A stretch of 64,000 nucleotides of DNA from Trueperaceae bacterium (GCA_965213925.1 OZ243927.1:2016001-2080000); one strand, 5' to 3'. Counted from the stretch's first letter, positions 20,826 to 31,088 are shown. A program made the numbers and translations. The notes: generated from the letters alone by a model not told the origin.

Positions 20826-21746
20826 TCACATCCGTGTCGTACCCGTTATCCATTCGCGCCACGAGAGCTTGTCGCCGCGTTCGGAAAACTGCCCCTTGTC
20901 CTCGCCGAACTGCATGTAGTTCAAAAACGCGACAAACACAACGCCGCCTAGCGTGTTGCCGAGCACGACGGGGACGAGAAAGCGGAAGAGGTAGTCGCCC
21001 AAGCTCGCGCCGCCCTTAAACATCAAGAAAAGCACCTCGACGGAGCCGACGATGCAGTGGAAGAGGTCCGCTGAGACCTGCAGGTAGATTAAAAGCCAGA
21101 TGAGGACGACCCTCGAGAGCGTGTCCCGCGCCGCGTGAACGAGCCAGACGATGCCCGCCAGAAGCCACCCCGCCAGGATCGCCTTATAGAAAGCGTCCCA
21201 CCAGCCCTCGCTGATGAGGTGTTCGCCAAAGCCTATGGCGGCTTGCGTCGCTTCGGGCGTGAGCACGCCCGTGTAGGCGAGCAGCATCGCAAAAAGCGCC
21301 GCCCCTATGATATTCGCGACCAAAACGGTGCCCCAGATGCGCAAGAGGTCGGGCAGGCTTGCCAAGCGCGTTAAGACGAGCGCCACGGGCGTCAGCGTGT
21401 TCTCCGTAAAGAGCTGGTAGCGCCCTAAAATAAGAAAGATAAAGCCCACCGGGTAGAGCAAGTTGGCGACCAAGCCGCTGCTATCGAAGGGGGCTAGGGC
21501 GGTAAAAACAGCCCGCGCCAAGATGCAGAGCCCCAACACGAGCCCCGCTGTGAGCCCGCTCCAAAAGAGCAGGCTGTTCGAGCGCCCCAGTTCCTCGTCG
21601 GCGGTGGCTAAGACGCGCCTATAGATTTCGTCCAGGTTGAAAAAGTCGGGCACGGCGTCCGCTTCGGCGGGCGCGTCCTGAACGGAATGCGGCACCTCGC
21701 CGGGCGGCACCTCTTGGGCGTCTAACGTCTCGTTGACCTCAGCCAT
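20826..21746 (-). CDS. Formate/nitrite transporter family channel (paralog)
   Basis: YQLFTENT, HCIVGS, LGNTLGG. Confidence 0.92.
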   Translation of the reverse strand: MAEVNETLDAQEVPPGEVPHSVQDAPAEADAVPDFFNLDEIYRRVLATADEELGRSNSLLFWSGLTAGLVLGLCILARAVFTALAPFDSSGLVANLLYPVGFIFLILGRYQLFTENTLTPVALVLTRLASLPDLLRIWGTVLVANIIGAALFAMLLAYTGVLTPEATQAAIGFGEHLISEGWWDAFYKAILAGWLLAGIVWLVHAARDTLSRVVLIWLLIYLQVSADLFHCIVGSVEVLFLMFKGGASLGDYLFRFLVPVVLGNTLGGVVFVAFLNYMQFGEDKGQFSERGDKLSWREWITGTTRM

Positions 21747-21917
21747 GAAACCCCTCTCGGTTGCTTCTGGATTGCCTCTCAGTTGCTCGGTGATTTTACC
21801 CTAATGTCGTCACCGCAAGTTTTTCGGAAAGCCGGTCCTATCGGTGCGCTCGAGCGTTTGCACGACTATTCGAAAGGTGAACCTCAACCGCTGCATTGAC
21901 GCTTCAGTAGCGCTCAC

Positions 21918-22104
21918 TACTCTGTCAACTAAAAGATGAGTGATGTCATTCTGAACGCAACGAAGTGGAGTGAAAGAATCTCGTCTTTCATTCCCAACCA
22001 GCCGAGATTGCAAGACGAGACCCTTACGCCTTCGCCGAAGCTTCGCTCTACTTCGTGAACAGGGTGACATCAGTAAGAAGTATCAATACTTAGTTGACAG
22101 TGTA
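21918..22104. mobile_element. MITE-like palindromic element, copy 1
   Basis: Terminal IR CTGTCAACTAA 21922-21932 / TTAGTTGACAG 22090-22100; inner ATGTCATTCTGAAC...CAGGGTGACAT; homologous to 28127-28360 and 47546-47673. Confidence 0.75.
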
Positions 22105-22255
22105 CTCACACGCTGCACAAGTATAAAAGTCTACACGCGCTCCGTTATTCGCGGCTTTACAATTGGCGAGGGATGAGGTAAGTGTTACTACTGCGCCAAC
22201 ATTGAGGCTTTTCTCTTCACTGCGCCTAACTTTATTGATGATACTAGGGAACGAT

Positions 22256-23842
22256 ATGGACAGCGTTCTGTCACAACGTAGCGAGCAAACCTCCGCGCCA
22301 GACCGTGTGCGGCGGGCGCGTATCTTGATCGTCGACGACCAGAACATCAACCTCGTTCTCTTGACGAAACTCTTAGAGCGTGCTGGCTACAGCGAGATCA
22401 AAACGCTCGACGACCCGCGTACCGTCCTCTCTGAAATCGCTAGCTTCAGACCTGACGCTATCCTCCTGGACGTGCAGATGCCGCATATGAGCGGCTTGGA
22501 GGTGCTCGAGACCCTCCGCGCCCAAGGAGACCCCGACGACTACGTCCCCGTCATCATGCTGAGCGCCAATCCGAGCCAAGCGTTTAGGGAGCGCGCCCTA
22601 GAGGGAGGAGCCACCGACTTTTTGCCGCGCCCCTTCGACGCCAGCGAACTCAAGCTCAAACTGCGCAACGCGCTCCATATCCGCGCGCTCCACCAGCAGC
22701 TGCGCGCGCAGAATGCGGTGCTCGCCGAGCAGGTCGAAGCGCGCACGAAAAGGTTAAAAGAGCGCGAAGCTGAGGCTCTTTTGCACGCCGAGCGTATCCA
22801 AAAGCTCGCCGACCTGTCGGTCCAACTAGAGGTCCTGAGTGACCCCCACGCCGTCGCCCGCATGGGGTTACAGACCTTCATGTCGCTGTGGGATTTTGAC
22901 CTAGGCGTCCTATACAAAGCGGAAAGCGATCTCTTGACGCCGATGCTCACGGTAGGAAAAGCGCCGCCACAAGCATCGTACGTGCTCAAGGAGATTGACG
23001 TTGGCGGTACTGGCGAGCTGCATAGGCGCGTCATAAGTCAGGGTAAGCCCGTATTCGTTGCCGACTACAGCACCTGGGAACACGCGACGCCCAGGCTGAG
23101 CGCCACAGGTTTGCGCACGGTGATCGCGTTAGCGCTCAAGGTGAACGGCGCGATATACGCGGCGATGTATATCGGCAAGTTTGGCGGCGTCGCCGAAGTG
23201 GACGAAAACGCGCACAACGTCCTCCAAGCGATTCAGCGCCGCGTCGAGCGGGCGTTAGAGCGCATCGAACTCCTGGAGAACTTGCGCGACACCCGCGAAG
23301 ACGCCCTGCGCGTGGTCGGCTTGACCTTGGAATACCGCGACTACGAGACGAAGGGGCACACCGACCGCGTGACGGACCTCGCGCGGCGTTTGGGCGACGC
23401 GGTCGGACTCGACCAGACCCAGCGCGAGCACCTCTTATGGGGCAGCTACCTCCACGACACGGGCAAGATCGCCATCCCCGACCAGATTTTGCTCAAACCC
23501 GGCAAGCTCACGGACGAAGAGTTCGACTTTATCAAAACGCACGTGACGATGGGCGCGGATATGCTCAGCAACCTCGCCTTTTTGCCGCCTGAAGTGCTAG
23601 GCATCGTCAAGCACCACCACGAACGCTGGGACGGACGCGGCTACCCCGACGGGCTCGCGGGCGAAGCGATTCCTCTTCTAGCGCGCATCTTCTCCATCGC
23701 CGACGTGTACGACGCATTGACGAGCGAGCGCCCCTATAAAAAAGCCTGGACGCACGAGGACGCCATTGCAGAACTCGAGCGGCAGGGCGGGGCGCAGTTC
23801 GACCTCACGCTCATCGACGCTTTCGTCGCCCTGTTCGAGTAA
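22256..23842 (+). CDS. Response regulator REC-GAF-HD-GYP cyclic-dinucleotide phosphodiesterase
   Basis: ILIVDD, LLDVQMP; HDTGK, HHERWDGRGYPDGL, ADVYDALTSERPYK. Confidence 0.93.
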   Translation: MDSVLSQRSEQTSAPDRVRRARILIVDDQNINLVLLTKLLERAGYSEIKTLDDPRTVLSEIASFRPDAILLDVQMPHMSGLEVLETLRAQGDPDDYVPVIMLSANPSQAFRERALEGGATDFLPRPFDASELKLKLRNALHIRALHQQLRAQNAVLAEQVEARTKRLKEREAEALLHAERIQKLADLSVQLEVLSDPHAVARMGLQTFMSLWDFDLGVLYKAESDLLTPMLTVGKAPPQASYVLKEIDVGGTGELHRRVISQGKPVFVADYSTWEHATPRLSATGLRTVIALALKVNGAIYAAMYIGKFGGVAEVDENAHNVLQAIQRRVERALERIELLENLRDTREDALRVVGLTLEYRDYETKGHTDRVTDLARRLGDAVGLDQTQREHLLWGSYLHDTGKIAIPDQILLKPGKLTDEEFDFIKTHVTMGADMLSNLAFLPPEVLGIVKHHHERWDGRGYPDGLAGEAIPLLARIFSIADVYDALTSERPYKKAWTHEDAIAELERQGGAQFDLTLIDAFVALFE

Positions 23843-23879
23843 CCTCTACTCACCTTTCGTCAGTGCTACACTCTCCCTC

Positions 23880-24038
23880 ATGAGCCGCAAAGGGTACGAG
23901 TTTTTTGACGACGAACAGGTTTTGGAGACCTACACGTCGCGCAGGAACCTGCCGACGAGCCCGAACGAAACCATCGAATACCCTATCTTCCGGGAGCTGA
24001 TAGGGGAAGTCGGGGGCTTAGATGTCCTTGATTTTTGA
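23880..24038 (+). pseudogene. Truncated 5' duplicate (52 codons) of the methyltransferase at 27392
   Basis: Near-identical to 27392-27547; stops just before the GxG SAM motif. Confidence 0.88.
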
Positions 24039-24112
24039 GGTTGATAGAGATGGAAGAGGGGAAGGAATAGTAGATAGAAGTACTACCCTCAGTTAGCTGA
24101 ACTCTATTTAGC

Positions 24113-24502
24113 CTATTTTTGGTATTGCCGGAGCAGATATAAGGGTAGAACCCCAACTACCAACCACCCTATAGAAATCCAGACAGCAGGGCTAATAGAC
24201 CAAGAATTAAGTATTTCGTAGACCGGCAACCAAACGAGAGATAAGAGAATGTAACTGCAAGCTAGATATCTCTTATCTCCGTGATCCTTCAGTTTGATCT
24301 TATTTGTACGGTTTGCATAGATTAAGAAGATCAACGCTAAGGTAAACACTGTGAGATTTTCGGAGAAAGTTTCGCCAGAAACCCAGCCCGCTAGAAATGA
24401 GCAGATGAAGAGAACGAAAATCCATGACCACCAATATTTAGTCTCCAAGAGGAAGACGCTTAGAGGTAGACCTAAAAGAAGGAAGGGGAAAATCATCACC
24501 AT
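24113..24502 (-). CDS. Small 4-TM membrane protein (possible immunity protein)
   Basis: Four hydrophobic helices, AT-rich, directly downstream of the large lipoprotein gene. Confidence 0.65.
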   Translation of the reverse strand: MVMIFPFLLLGLPLSVFLLETKYWWSWIFVLFICSFLAGWVSGETFSENLTVFTLALIFLIYANRTNKIKLKDHGDKRYLACSYILLSLVWLPVYEILNSWSISPAVWISIGWLVVGVLPLYLLRQYQK

Positions 24503-24569
24503 AATCAATATTAATGCTTGAAACTAGAAGACCACCAGTGGCGGTAGCCTTCTATCTTTCTACTTAGTA

Positions 24570-26396
24570 TCACCGCTTAGCGCGTTCGCTACTTAGCCTG
24601 CTGTTTGTTCGGTTGATACTCGTTTGCAACTGATCGTTCCTAATTTCCAAATCAGTAATCTCCCGTCCCAGTGAAGTTTGATCGGCAATAGCTTGGTTAT
24701 AACCGTCATAGAATACGTCGCGAGTAGTTTCAGCCTCTTCCAATGCTTGCTCAGCGCTCCGTACTTGCTGCCTGGTTTCTGGCACAATGAATAGATTTAG
24801 GTCTTGCTTACGTCCATAATCATCCGAGTATTGTCTAAGGTAGTCGCTTATACCTGCTGCTGTAGTGGGTGTGCTGCCGGGCGCGGTGACGATTGCAACT
24901 CCTGTACCAACTGCCCTCGCAAACCCCTCAGCAGCGACCTTGAAGGGGGCAATTTTCTCCTCTAATCGCTGTTGCTCCGCCTCATAGTTCGCAAGGTCTG
25001 ACTCTAGCTGCTCGAGATTTTGCTCTTTATCAGCAACGTTCTGAAGGACCCTCTCCTCATTAGCGTCGTAGGAATCGACAAGCTCATTTACAGCTTGCAA
25101 CTCCTCTCGCTTTTCCCCTAACTCAGTGACGACCTCTTCCTGCTCCTCGAGAAGTGCGTCTAGCTCTTCCTCGAGGTTCGCAACGAGTGCAGCGTCGTAA
25201 TTGTCTTCCTCTTCTTCGTCAGAATCACTTCCATCAGGGGGACCATCATCGTCTTCTTCTGGTTCTTCGGGGTCTTCCTCCGGTTCTTCGGGGTCTGGCT
25301 CAGGTTCAGGCTCGGGCTCAGGTTCAGGTTCAGGCTCGGGCTCAGGTGGCGGATCAGGATCATCCCCGGATGAAGGGTTACAGTTGTACGCACACTCAAG
25401 GTCTCCCTGCGGAGTCAGCACTTCCTCGCCTTGAGTGGTAGAAGAACTTTCAGGAGGTAGAGAGGAGATATTTAGCATCTCCTCTAACGTAGCTAAACCC
25501 TGTGAAAATCCAGCGGATACCACTTCCGGTTCGGGGCCACCTGTCAAGTATCCCTCCGCTGCATAAGCGACGGTTTCTCGAGCGAAGATGAGATTAACGG
25601 TTGAGACTTTAAGGCGGTCACCTTTGCAAACGCCAAGCGTATCTCCATGATTTTTCGTGTGCGCTCCGATTGCCGAGAATCCTACAAAAATTGTGTGGGC
25701 GTTTGCAGGATTACCAGGTGGGACGTGGCAGACAGGAAATTTTGAGGAATCATACTTGACAATATTTGCGCCGAGCATTCCTTCGTTACCTAAGATAAAC
25801 TGAGTCAGAATCGCATCGGTTCTTGTAGGAACCTGAACAATGTCAGTATCTTCGTTTTGAACGACAGCAGCATTCTTCCAATCTAATTCGTAGCTAGAGG
25901 CGCGTAAAGCGTCAATCGCAACTTGGGCGTCTTCGCTTTCTTTGATCTGCTGCTCTAACTCCGTAAGAGCAGGAGCGTCATAGAACACTTCAAACTGTGC
26001 AGTTTCATCTAGATATTTCCCGCTTTTCGTTTTGGCTGCCGTGCCCACTTTAGCGATATACTGTGCTCCGGGGCGGGGTTGTACATCGGGACGGAAGTCG
26101 AAAGTCTTGTCATCGTCGCTCCAATTCACCTCTGGATCGATTTGAACCTCTTCCCCCTCCGCAGTCCTCACCTCTAAAGAGGTTTCTACGGAGCGTCGGT
26201 CCATCGGCTCCGTGAAAGAAAATGTAAGCCAGAAGTTGTTGTCGCGCTGAAAAGTCCTTGTTGTTACTTCTACAGAAGAAATGACATCGCTTTGTGTGGT
26301 GACACTAGTTGCATTGGAAGAAGATACGGAACGGTTGCTGCACGCACTTAACACAAGTATAGATGCAAAGATTAGCGTGAACCTGAGTGTTTTCAT
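24570..26396 (-). CDS. Large lipoprotein: Ig-like (Big_5-type) domain, CHxPPGN motif, Pro-Glu/acidic linker, C-terminal coiled coil
   Basis: Lipobox LSAC; FTEPMDRRSVE..W..D..F.P...L/Y Ig-like pattern; PEPEPE tract; heptad-rich tail. Confidence 0.75.
   Translation of the reverse strand: MKTLRFTLIFASILVLSACSNRSVSSSNATSVTTQSDVISSVEVTTRTFQRDNNFWLTFSFTEPMDRRSVETSLEVRTAEGEEVQIDPEVNWSDDDKTFDFRPDVQPRPGAQYIAKVGTAAKTKSGKYLDETAQFEVFYDAPALTELEQQIKESEDAQVAIDALRASSYELDWKNAAVVQNEDTDIVQVPTRTDAILTQFILGNEGMLGANIVKYDSSKFPVCHVPPGNPANAHTIFVGFSAIGAHTKNHGDTLGVCKGDRLKVSTVNLIFARETVAYAAEGYLTGGPEPEVVSAGFSQGLATLEEMLNISSLPPESSSTTQGEEVLTPQGDLECAYNCNPSSGDDPDPPPEPEPEPEPEPEPEPEPDPEEPEEDPEEPEEDDDGPPDGSDSDEEEEDNYDAALVANLEEELDALLEEQEEVVTELGEKREELQAVNELVDSYDANEERVLQNVADKEQNLEQLESDLANYEAEQQRLEEKIAPFKVAAEGFARAVGTGVAIVTAPGSTPTTAAGISDYLRQYSDDYGRKQDLNLFIVPETRQQVRSAEQALEEAETTRDVFYDGYNQAIADQTSLGREITDLEIRNDQLQTSINRTNSRLSSERAKR
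25261..25346. repeat. Coding tandem repeats (6-bp units encoding Pro-Glu; duplicated DPEEP)
   Basis: GG(C/T)TC(A/G) units 25297-25346; GGTTCTTCGGGGTCT at 25261 and 25282. Confidence 0.85.
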
Positions 26397-26461
26397 CTTT
26401 AGTTTGTCTGCTCCCGTCCTCTTTTTGGACTTCCTACGGTTCTTGGCTGTTCGTTTAGGAT

Positions 26462-27241
26462 TCAATTCTGGTCTCCACTAGAAGGTGGCTGATGGAGAGA
26501 TACAGGTCGAAGAGATGTTTGAGAACTGGACAGAGAAAAGTTCTGAGCCATGTATGAAGAGTTGAACGCGCCCTCAGGTAGCATTACAGGCCCTTCTACG
26601 AAATCGACAGGGAGAGCCTGAATCCCAACGATGTACTCTTTGCCGTTGATTAGAGAAATATCATCGAACATGTAGGTTGTCGTATTGGTGTAGCCCTTGC
26701 GCACTCCGCGCTTGAGCGTGCCATCTGTAGCAAAAATGTCTAGGAAGTAAGAGTTTGCTCCCTCTGCTGGCTTCCAGGTGACGTCAACTCGGGAATCCGT
26801 CGCATTGATAGCAATATCTGTCGGTGGAGGTAAAATCTGTTGTGCATCGACGGAAACATTGGCGGAATAGGGAACACCATTTACCGTCGTTTCGAATGAA
26901 TAGACTCCTGTGACAAGAGGAAGGTCGTTACCTTCGTTGTCAGAAATTAAGTTGCGCCAACTCCAATGATCGCCTGCTCGATTGAAGCTCGATATTGTGG
27001 TTAGACTCTTGTCGTTGTTCCACCCTTCAGGACCGCTGACTGTTACCTCGATGTCTCCTGTTGAGCCTTCCTCGAGGTCAAAGGTATAGAGTGTAGAGAG
27101 ACCAACACCACCGGGATAGTCCATCGTTCCCGCAGCCACTTGAAAAGCAGCTTTGCTATCGGGTGTTTCAGAGCCTGTGCTACAAGCAGTGAGAAGGGTT
27201 ATAAGGAAAGCGGTTATGAGAATACTTCTTAATCCTTTCAT
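26462..27241 (-). CDS. Lipoprotein with fibronectin type III-like C-terminal domain
   Basis: Lipobox LTAC; PPTDI...VTWKPAEGANSY..Y.VGIQA. Confidence 0.75.
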   Translation of the reverse strand: MKGLRSILITAFLITLLTACSTGSETPDSKAAFQVAAGTMDYPGGVGLSTLYTFDLEEGSTGDIEVTVSGPEGWNNDKSLTTISSFNRAGDHWSWRNLISDNEGNDLPLVTGVYSFETTVNGVPYSANVSVDAQQILPPPTDIAINATDSRVDVTWKPAEGANSYFLDIFATDGTLKRGVRKGYTNTTTYMFDDISLINGKEYIVGIQALPVDFVEGPVMLPEGAFNSSYMAQNFSLSSSQTSLRPVSLHQPPSSGDQN

Positions 27242-27391
27242 AACCAAAAAAATACCGTTCTTATCGCCTTCACTATCACAGAAAACTCACAAAAAGGCTG
27301 GAGTGACCAATCTCACTCCTTTGCCTTTCTCAGTAACGTGGAATTGAGTAGAATTCGTGTAAGCTTGCTTGGCTGGTGCTACACTCTTTTC

Positions 27392-28126
27392 ATGAGCCGC
27401 AAAGGGTACGAGTTTTTTGACGACGAACAGGTTTTGGAGACCTACACGTCGCGTAGGAATCTGCCGACGAGTCCGAACGAGACCATCGAATACCCTATCT
27501 TCCGGGAGCTGATCGGCGAGGCTCGAGGCTTAGACGTGCTCGACTTAGGCTGCGGCGAGGCGGCGTTCGGTCGCGAACTGCTAGACAAGGGGATAAGGTC
27601 GTATGTGGGGCTCGAGGCGTCCGAGAAGATGGCGAACGTGGCAGAGGAAAGGTTGGAAGGTCTCAATGCTAGCGTCGTACGCTCAACCATCGAAGCGTAC
27701 GACTTCGCGCCGACCTCTTTCGACCTCGTGATGTCGCAACTCGTTTTTCACTACGTCGCCGACCTCTCGGCGACATTTAGATGTGTGTTCGAAACGCTCA
27801 AGCCGGGTGGCAGGTTCATCTTTTCCGTAGAACACCCCGTCATCACCTCTTCCTCGCAGAGTTTGAAAATGTCCGAGCGGCGCACCGCTTGGCTCGTGGA
27901 CGACTACTTCAGGACGGGCGAGCGCACCCACTCCTGGATGGGCGGCGAGGTGACCAAGTACCACCGCACCGTCGAGGACTATTTCGCCAGCTTACAAGCG
28001 GTCGGCTTCACGGTCGAGCGCCTGCGCGAGTCGCGCCCCGAGCGGGAGCGCAGTGTCGATGAAGAGGAATACAGGCGGCGCTTGCGGATTCCTCTTTTCA
28101 TCTTCTTCTCCGCGCGTAAAGGTTAG
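27392..28126 (+). CDS. Class I SAM-dependent methyltransferase
   Basis: VLDLGCG, FDLV.S.LVFHYV, LKPGGRFIFSVEHP, YHRTVEDY. Confidence 0.93.
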   Translation: MSRKGYEFFDDEQVLETYTSRRNLPTSPNETIEYPIFRELIGEARGLDVLDLGCGEAAFGRELLDKGIRSYVGLEASEKMANVAEERLEGLNASVVRSTIEAYDFAPTSFDLVMSQLVFHYVADLSATFRCVFETLKPGGRFIFSVEHPVITSSSQSLKMSERRTAWLVDDYFRTGERTHSWMGGEVTKYHRTVEDYFASLQAVGFTVERLRESRPERERSVDEEEYRRRLRIPLFIFFSARKG

Positions 28127-28360
28127 TACAGTGTCAACTAAACAATGAACCATGTCATTCTGAACGTAGCCCTACGGCGAGCGTAGGATAGACTCCGCGG
28201 AGTGAAAGAATCTCGTCTTCCATTCCCAACCAGCCGAGATTGCGAGTTACAAAGTTTTGGCGGTAGCCAAACGAGACCCTTACGCCTTCGCCGAAGCTTC
28301 GCTCTACTTCGTGAACAGGGTGACATCAGTAATAAGTAGCAATACTTCGTTTACAGTGCA
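28127..28360. mobile_element. MITE-like palindromic element, copy 2 (with two internal insertions)
   Basis: Shares long near-identical blocks with copy 1; degenerate terminal IR; begins immediately after the methyltransferase stop. Confidence 0.75.
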
Positions 28361-28370
28361 ATTAGCGCGC

Positions 28371-29807
28371 CTAAGAGTTTCGGTAACGCGCTAACGCCTC
28401 CTGGTAACGCTCGGTTTCTTTGGGCTCAAACCGCGCTGACACGTTCGTCTCACCGAGTTCGAACGCCGACGTAATGTGACCCGTACCCTGCAACGCTAGC
28501 AGCGCCGCGCCGTACGCCGCGCCCTGGTTCTGCTCAGGCTTAGAGAGCGGCAAACCCAGCACGTCCGCGACCATCTGCAACCAGAAGTCAGAGCGTGCAC
28601 CGCCGCCGGTCGCCAACGCCTCGTCCAGTTGCGCGAGGGGCGACATCACCTCCAGGCAGTCTTTCAAGCTAAACGCGACGCCCTCTAAAACTGCGCGCAC
28701 GACGTCCGCCTGTGTCGTCGCCAAGCTGAGCCCCGTCCAGGAGCCGCGCAAATCCGGGTTCATGTGCGGCGTGCGTTCGCCCGCTAGGTACGGCTTAAAG
28801 GTCACGCCGTTCGCACCGGGCTCACTCTCTTCGGCGAGCGTGATGAGGTCGCTGAAACTTCTATCCGAAGCGAACGTACGCTTATACCAGTCCAAGCTGC
28901 CCGCCGCCGCGAGCGTCACGCCTAAGAGGTTGTAGCCGCCGTCGGCGTGGCAGAAGAGGTGGACGCGCCCCTCGGGGTCGGGCTGCGGCGCTCCGAGCGG
29001 TGCGAACAGCACGCCCGACGTGCCCAAGCTCACGCTGCCGCGCCTCAAGTTGTGCGCCCCGAGCCCTAACCCCGTTGCCGCCGCCGCGTTGTCCCCTGCG
29101 CCCGCGACCACGGGCAAGCCCGCGGGCAAGCCCGTCTCGTCCGCGACCTCTCGAGTGAGCTTTCCGACGACCTCGTGCGAGGCGATGACGGGGGGAAAGA
29201 GGTCCGGCGAGAGGTCTAGCGCGCCCAAAATCTCCTCGTCCCAGGTTTTGGACGCCAGGTGAAAAAGGTTCGTCCCCGAAGCGTCCGAGGGCTCCGCCGC
29301 CATCTCGCCGGTGAGGACGTAACCGAGGTAGTCTTTGGGCAGAAGGACGTGCTCCGTTTTCGCGAAATTCTCCGGCTCTTCTCGCCTCATCCAGACGAGT
29401 TTAGGAAGCTGAAAGCCGGTGACAGCCGGATTGCCCGTGCGCTGGATGAGGGTATCTCTGGCGACCTTCTCTTCGATCTCTTCGACTGCTCCGCCCGTGC
29501 GTTGGTCGTTCCACAGAATCGCCGGGCGTACGGCGTCGCCGTGCTTGTCCAGCGCGACCATGCCGTGCATCTGCCCCGAGAGCCCGAGCGCGGTGACGTC
29601 GTGATGCTCGAGCTTGCCCGCAATCTCACGGAGTGCCGCGACCATCCCTTCGGTCCAATCACTCGGCTTTTGCTCCGTCCAACCGGGTTGGGGCGTGAGC
29701 AGCGGATAGCTCGCCGTCGCTTCGGCTAAGAGGTCGCCTCCCTCGTCCACGGCGACCACCCGCACGCCGCTCGTGCCGCCATCTAACCCCAAGGCAACGG
29801 GTGCCAC
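28371..29807 (-). CDS. xylB: Xylulokinase
   Basis: [40 protein letters not shown]; downstream of xylA. Confidence 0.95.
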   Translation of the reverse strand: MAPVALGLDGGTSGVRVVAVDEGGDLLAEATASYPLLTPQPGWTEQKPSDWTEGMVAALREIAGKLEHHDVTALGLSGQMHGMVALDKHGDAVRPAILWNDQRTGGAVEEIEEKVARDTLIQRTGNPAVTGFQLPKLVWMRREEPENFAKTEHVLLPKDYLGYVLTGEMAAEPSDASGTNLFHLASKTWDEEILGALDLSPDLFPPVIASHEVVGKLTREVADETGLPAGLPVVAGAGDNAAAATGLGLGAHNLRRGSVSLGTSGVLFAPLGAPQPDPEGRVHLFCHADGGYNLLGVTLAAAGSLDWYKRTFASDRSFSDLITLAEESEPGANGVTFKPYLAGERTPHMNPDLRGSWTGLSLATTQADVVRAVLEGVAFSLKDCLEVMSPLAQLDEALATGGGARSDFWLQMVADVLGLPLSKPEQNQGAAYGAALLALQGTGHITSAFELGETNVSARFEPKETERYQEALARYRNS

Positions 29808-30970
29808 TAGCGCACTCCTAAGAGGAGGTCGGTGGTGAGCTGGTCTAAGTGCTCGAGCCCCGGACCTCTCGTTCTCAAAGTCTGGAGGTCGAAGCTCTGC
29901 GCTTTAAGTTGCTGAGCACGTTCTGCTGAGTAGGCTTGGGAAAGGGACTCGAGGCTTTCATCTTCGACCTTATACCGCGCCAACGCCGCCTGAATCTCCT
30001 CGTCCTCACCGAACCTCTGTGCCTTTTCCTTCAAGATGAGGTACGTCCTCATACATCCCCTCGCGAACGCCCACACCCCCGCTTCGTCCTCGGTTCGGAG
30101 CGCGTGCGCGTCGAAGTGGCGCGGTCCCGCGTAGCCCGAATCTTCCAAGAGCTTCACGGTAAAAAACGCACCCTTCACGTTCTCCGCCCCGAAGCGCAAG
30201 TCCTGGTCGAAGCGGCTCATCTTCTGGTCGTTTAGGTCGATGTGAAAGAGCTTATCCGCGTCGATAGCTTGCGCGACCGCGTGCACGAAGTTAAGCCCTG
30301 CCATCGTCTCGTGCGCGAACTCGGGGTTCACGCCGACCATCTCGTGATGGTCCAGAGTCGCGATGAAGCCGAGCATACTGCCTACCGTCGGGAGGTAGAG
30401 GTCCGCCCTCGGTTCGTTCGGTTTAGGCTCCAGGGCGAAGCGCAAACTGTAGCCCTGGTCTTTGACGTACTCACATAAGAAGTTGAGGCACTCCCGAAAC
30501 CGTGCCAAACCCTCCAGAGGGTTGCCCGTCGCGTCCACCTCCGAGCCTTCGCGCCCGCCCCAGAAGACGTACGTCTTTGCGCCCAGCTCCACACCTAAGT
30601 CGATCGCCTGCATCGTCTTTTGCAGCGCGTACGCCCGGACCCTCGCGTCCGCCGAGGTGAACGCGCCGTCCTTGAAGACGGGGTCGGCGAAGAGGTTCGT
30701 AGTCGCCATCGGCACGACTAAGCCGTGGTCGTCCAGGGCTCCTTTGAATTCTTTGACGATCGCGCCTCGCTCTGAGGCGGAAGCGTCCGCCGGGACGAGG
30801 TCGTTGTCGTGCAAGTTCACGCCCCACGCGCCCAACTCGCCGAGCTTCTGCACGATGTAGGTGGGGTCTAGCGCCTCCCTCGTCGGCTCGCCGAAAGGGT
30901 CACGTCCGGGGTTGCCCACCGTCCATAAGCCGAAGGTGAAACGGTCGTCTTTCGTGGGTTCGTATGCCAT
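29807..30970 (-). CDS. xylA: Xylose isomerase (class I, Thermus/Streptomyces type)
   Basis: [47 protein letters not shown]. Confidence 0.97.
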   Translation of the reverse strand: MAYEPTKDDRFTFGLWTVGNPGRDPFGEPTREALDPTYIVQKLGELGAWGVNLHDNDLVPADASASERGAIVKEFKGALDDHGLVVPMATTNLFADPVFKDGAFTSADARVRAYALQKTMQAIDLGVELGAKTYVFWGGREGSEVDATGNPLEGLARFRECLNFLCEYVKDQGYSLRFALEPKPNEPRADLYLPTVGSMLGFIATLDHHEMVGVNPEFAHETMAGLNFVHAVAQAIDADKLFHIDLNDQKMSRFDQDLRFGAENVKGAFFTVKLLEDSGYAGPRHFDAHALRTEDEAGVWAFARGCMRTYLILKEKAQRFGEDEEIQAALARYKVEDESLESLSQAYSAERAQQLKAQSFDLQTLRTRGPGLEHLDQLTTDLLLGVR

Positions 30971-31088
30971 AGCGTCCCTTCTAAGAACAAGTGCGTGAGG
31001 ACTTGAAGCGCTGCGCCTCGAGCCAAAAGGACGACCCTCGCCCGCCAACCTCTTGCACCTCATCTGGTGCTCTAACTTCTACCATGTT

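Noticed and set aside
21810..22176. Similar short ORFs at 21810-22070, 21970-22176 and 28138-28326
   Set aside because: They are translations of the repeated palindromic element, not genes.
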